DNA of 63,938 nucleotides, the filler included, from Ministeria vibrans ATCC 50519 (taxonomy: Eukaryota; Protista; Filasterea): NCBI GenBank assembly GCA_943704425.1. It is 6 parts of 6 records of this genome, joined end to end, with 100 filler letters (N's around TTAATTAATTAA, not from the genome) between each part and the next. Parts side by side here need not be neighbours in the genome. Positions count along the whole stretch, not along the records: positions 62,450 to 63,938 come from CALSCP010002821.1; 5 more parts are not named here. One strand, 5' to 3'. Numbering within the stretch: position 1 is the first letter of the stretch; each line of letters opens with the position of its first letter. The translations under genes were made by a program, and so were the position numbers. Of this stretch, positions 62,511 through 63,938 are shown piece after piece. Under the pieces are notes generated by a model, which was not told the DNA's origin, did no database searches, and saw nothing but the letters and a program-made list of their open reading frames with translations.

Positions 62511-63083
62511 GATGGACCACTGCCACTGTTCAAAAAAATCTTGTGCTCGTGCGCGGCCGGTGCCCTCGGCGGGGTGGCCGGGAACCCTGCGGATGTTCTC
62601 AACGTACGTATGCAGGCGGATCGACAGTTGCCGACGGAGCAACGACGAAATTACAAGCACGCCCTGGACGGCCTGGTTCGCATTGTGCGCGACGAAGGAT
62701 TCGCCGCATTGTACCGCGGGTGTGCTCCCAACGTAGCGCGTGCGGTCTTTATGACTGCGGGACAGATTGCGACGTATGACCAGGCAAAGGAGATGGTGAT
62801 TGCGTCGGGACTGTTGACGGACGGTGTGCGTCTGCACTTTGCCTCGTCGCTCCTGGCAGGACTCGTTGCTACCATCGTCACATCGCCAATGGACGTAGTG
62901 AAGACACGCGTCATGAGCGCGGCCCCCGGCACTTACAGCTCGACGTGGGACTGCGTCATGCGGACGCTGCGGCACGAGGGCCCCACAGCCTTTATGAAGG
63001 GCTTTGTGCCCGCCTACACGCGCCTCGGTCCCCACACCATTCTCACCTTCATCTTCCTCGAGCAACTCCGCTCCTTCTGCTGA
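62511..63083 (+). CDS. SLC25A10: Mitochondrial dicarboxylate carrier, 3' exon
   Basis: GNPADVLNVRMQAD..LP.EQRRNYKHALDGL, RAVFMTAGQIATYDQAK, PMDVVKTR, RLGPHTILTFIFLEQLR. Confidence 0.9.
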   Translation, partial: DGPLPLFKKILCSCAAGALGGVAGNPADVLNVRMQADRQLPTEQRRNYKHALDGLVRIVRDEGFAALYRGCAPNVARAVFMTAGQIATYDQAKEMVIASGLLTDGVRLHFASSLLAGLVATIVTSPMDVVKTRVMSAAPGTYSSTWDCVMRTLRHEGPTAFMKGFVPAYTRLGPHTILTFIFLEQLRSFC

Positions 63084-63431
63084 TCCTCTTCCTACCCGTC
63101 CACTCAAACTGTACTTTATGTGTAATTATAATAATTTAACCATAAAATTGCGACAGGTTCTTTCTTCTGATGCATAGTAGTCTGATGTATGTGATCACGA
63201 TTTCTCGTCTATAGAATGCAACAGTCCCCACTGCCTATTAATAATACTGTTTTTTCTTGCTTGTTTTTGCGTTCAAAACAAGAATTAAAAGTGTATTGTT
63301 CCGTTTGTCTCACAAAAGCTCGGTGGAAGACAACACAGGAAAACAGACAAAAAAAGAAGAAAAAAAAACGTCCAAAGGCACACAGAAAAAAAAAGAAAGG
63401 TTGACGAGATGAAAAAGAAGAGGGCCGCACA

Positions 63432-63535
<104 letters not shown>

Positions 63536-63634
63536 GAGGAGGAGGGAGAAACAAAGTGATAGAGAGAGAAAAGGAGAACAAAAAACAGGGGGAGAAGCTC
63601 ACACACACACACAACGCAAAAAGAAACACTGTCT

Positions 63635-63771
63635 CTACTCAAGACGAGGACGCTTCATGGCTCGCTCGACATCCTCGCCAGTGACGGTGTTGCGGCCGTC
63701 GCGCTGCACTTCAGAAATGATGTCGGCGATGTTGGTGCGCATGGCATTCATAGCCTGGCCCATTGTGGCCG
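63635..63771 (-). CDS. Terminal exon of an unknown gene with a histone-fold-like C-terminus
   Basis: ATMGQAMNAMRTNIADIISEVQRDGRNTVTGEDVERAMKRPRLE* after a TGTAG acceptor. Confidence 0.35.
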
Positions 63772-63938
63772 CTACATATACAAGAGTTCATCAATTAATC
63801 GCCCACATTGCGCCCTGTGTCACGTCATTCCTCACTCTCTCACTTTGTTTCATTCCCCACTCTCTCCTCACTTTGTTTCGTTCTGCGGTCTCTGCTCTAT
63901 CTCTCTCTCCCTTTGATCCCCCCCTCCCCCCTCCCCCC

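Overview
Eukaryotic, intron-rich genomic DNA (short GT-AG introns, many filled with GA/CA/AAT microsatellites) from a flagellated unicellular opisthokont, most likely a choanoflagellate or related holozoan. This is inferred from a canonical EF1A with the opisthokont-type insertion, flagellar RSPH3, and animal-like PKD1, Rho, Rab32-type and LEM genes. The window is not contiguous: five artificial 100-bp N-TTAATTAATTAA-N spacers join six separate scaffolds. Content in order: 3' end of a hAT transposon, LAP2/emerin-like LEM protein, RhoA, RSPH3, catalase-like/lipoxygenase 3' half, RRP9 fragment, polycystin-1-like gene, NOX fragment, membrane/catalase-like 5' half, METTL26, PH fragment | FBXL4, EamA transporter, two tandem Rab32/38/29-type genes head-to-head with Rab-GDI | PWP1 exon, EF1A, AF4/FMR2-like gene, an orphan gene | monoglyceride lipase, RPA2, ricin-GH3, degenerate STAND-like NTPase, IQCC, alpha-fucosidase | VPS51 | SLC25A10. 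The best candidate for a new system is a predicted ~1,300-aa fusion of a multi-pass membrane domain, a catalase-fold (allene oxide synthase-like) heme domain and a lipoxygenase. Its two halves (21660-23712 and 6309-9100, minus strand) splice together in frame but lie ~12.5 kb apart, probably because of a misassembly at GA microsatellites. All protein identities come from motif recognition by eye, not database searches.
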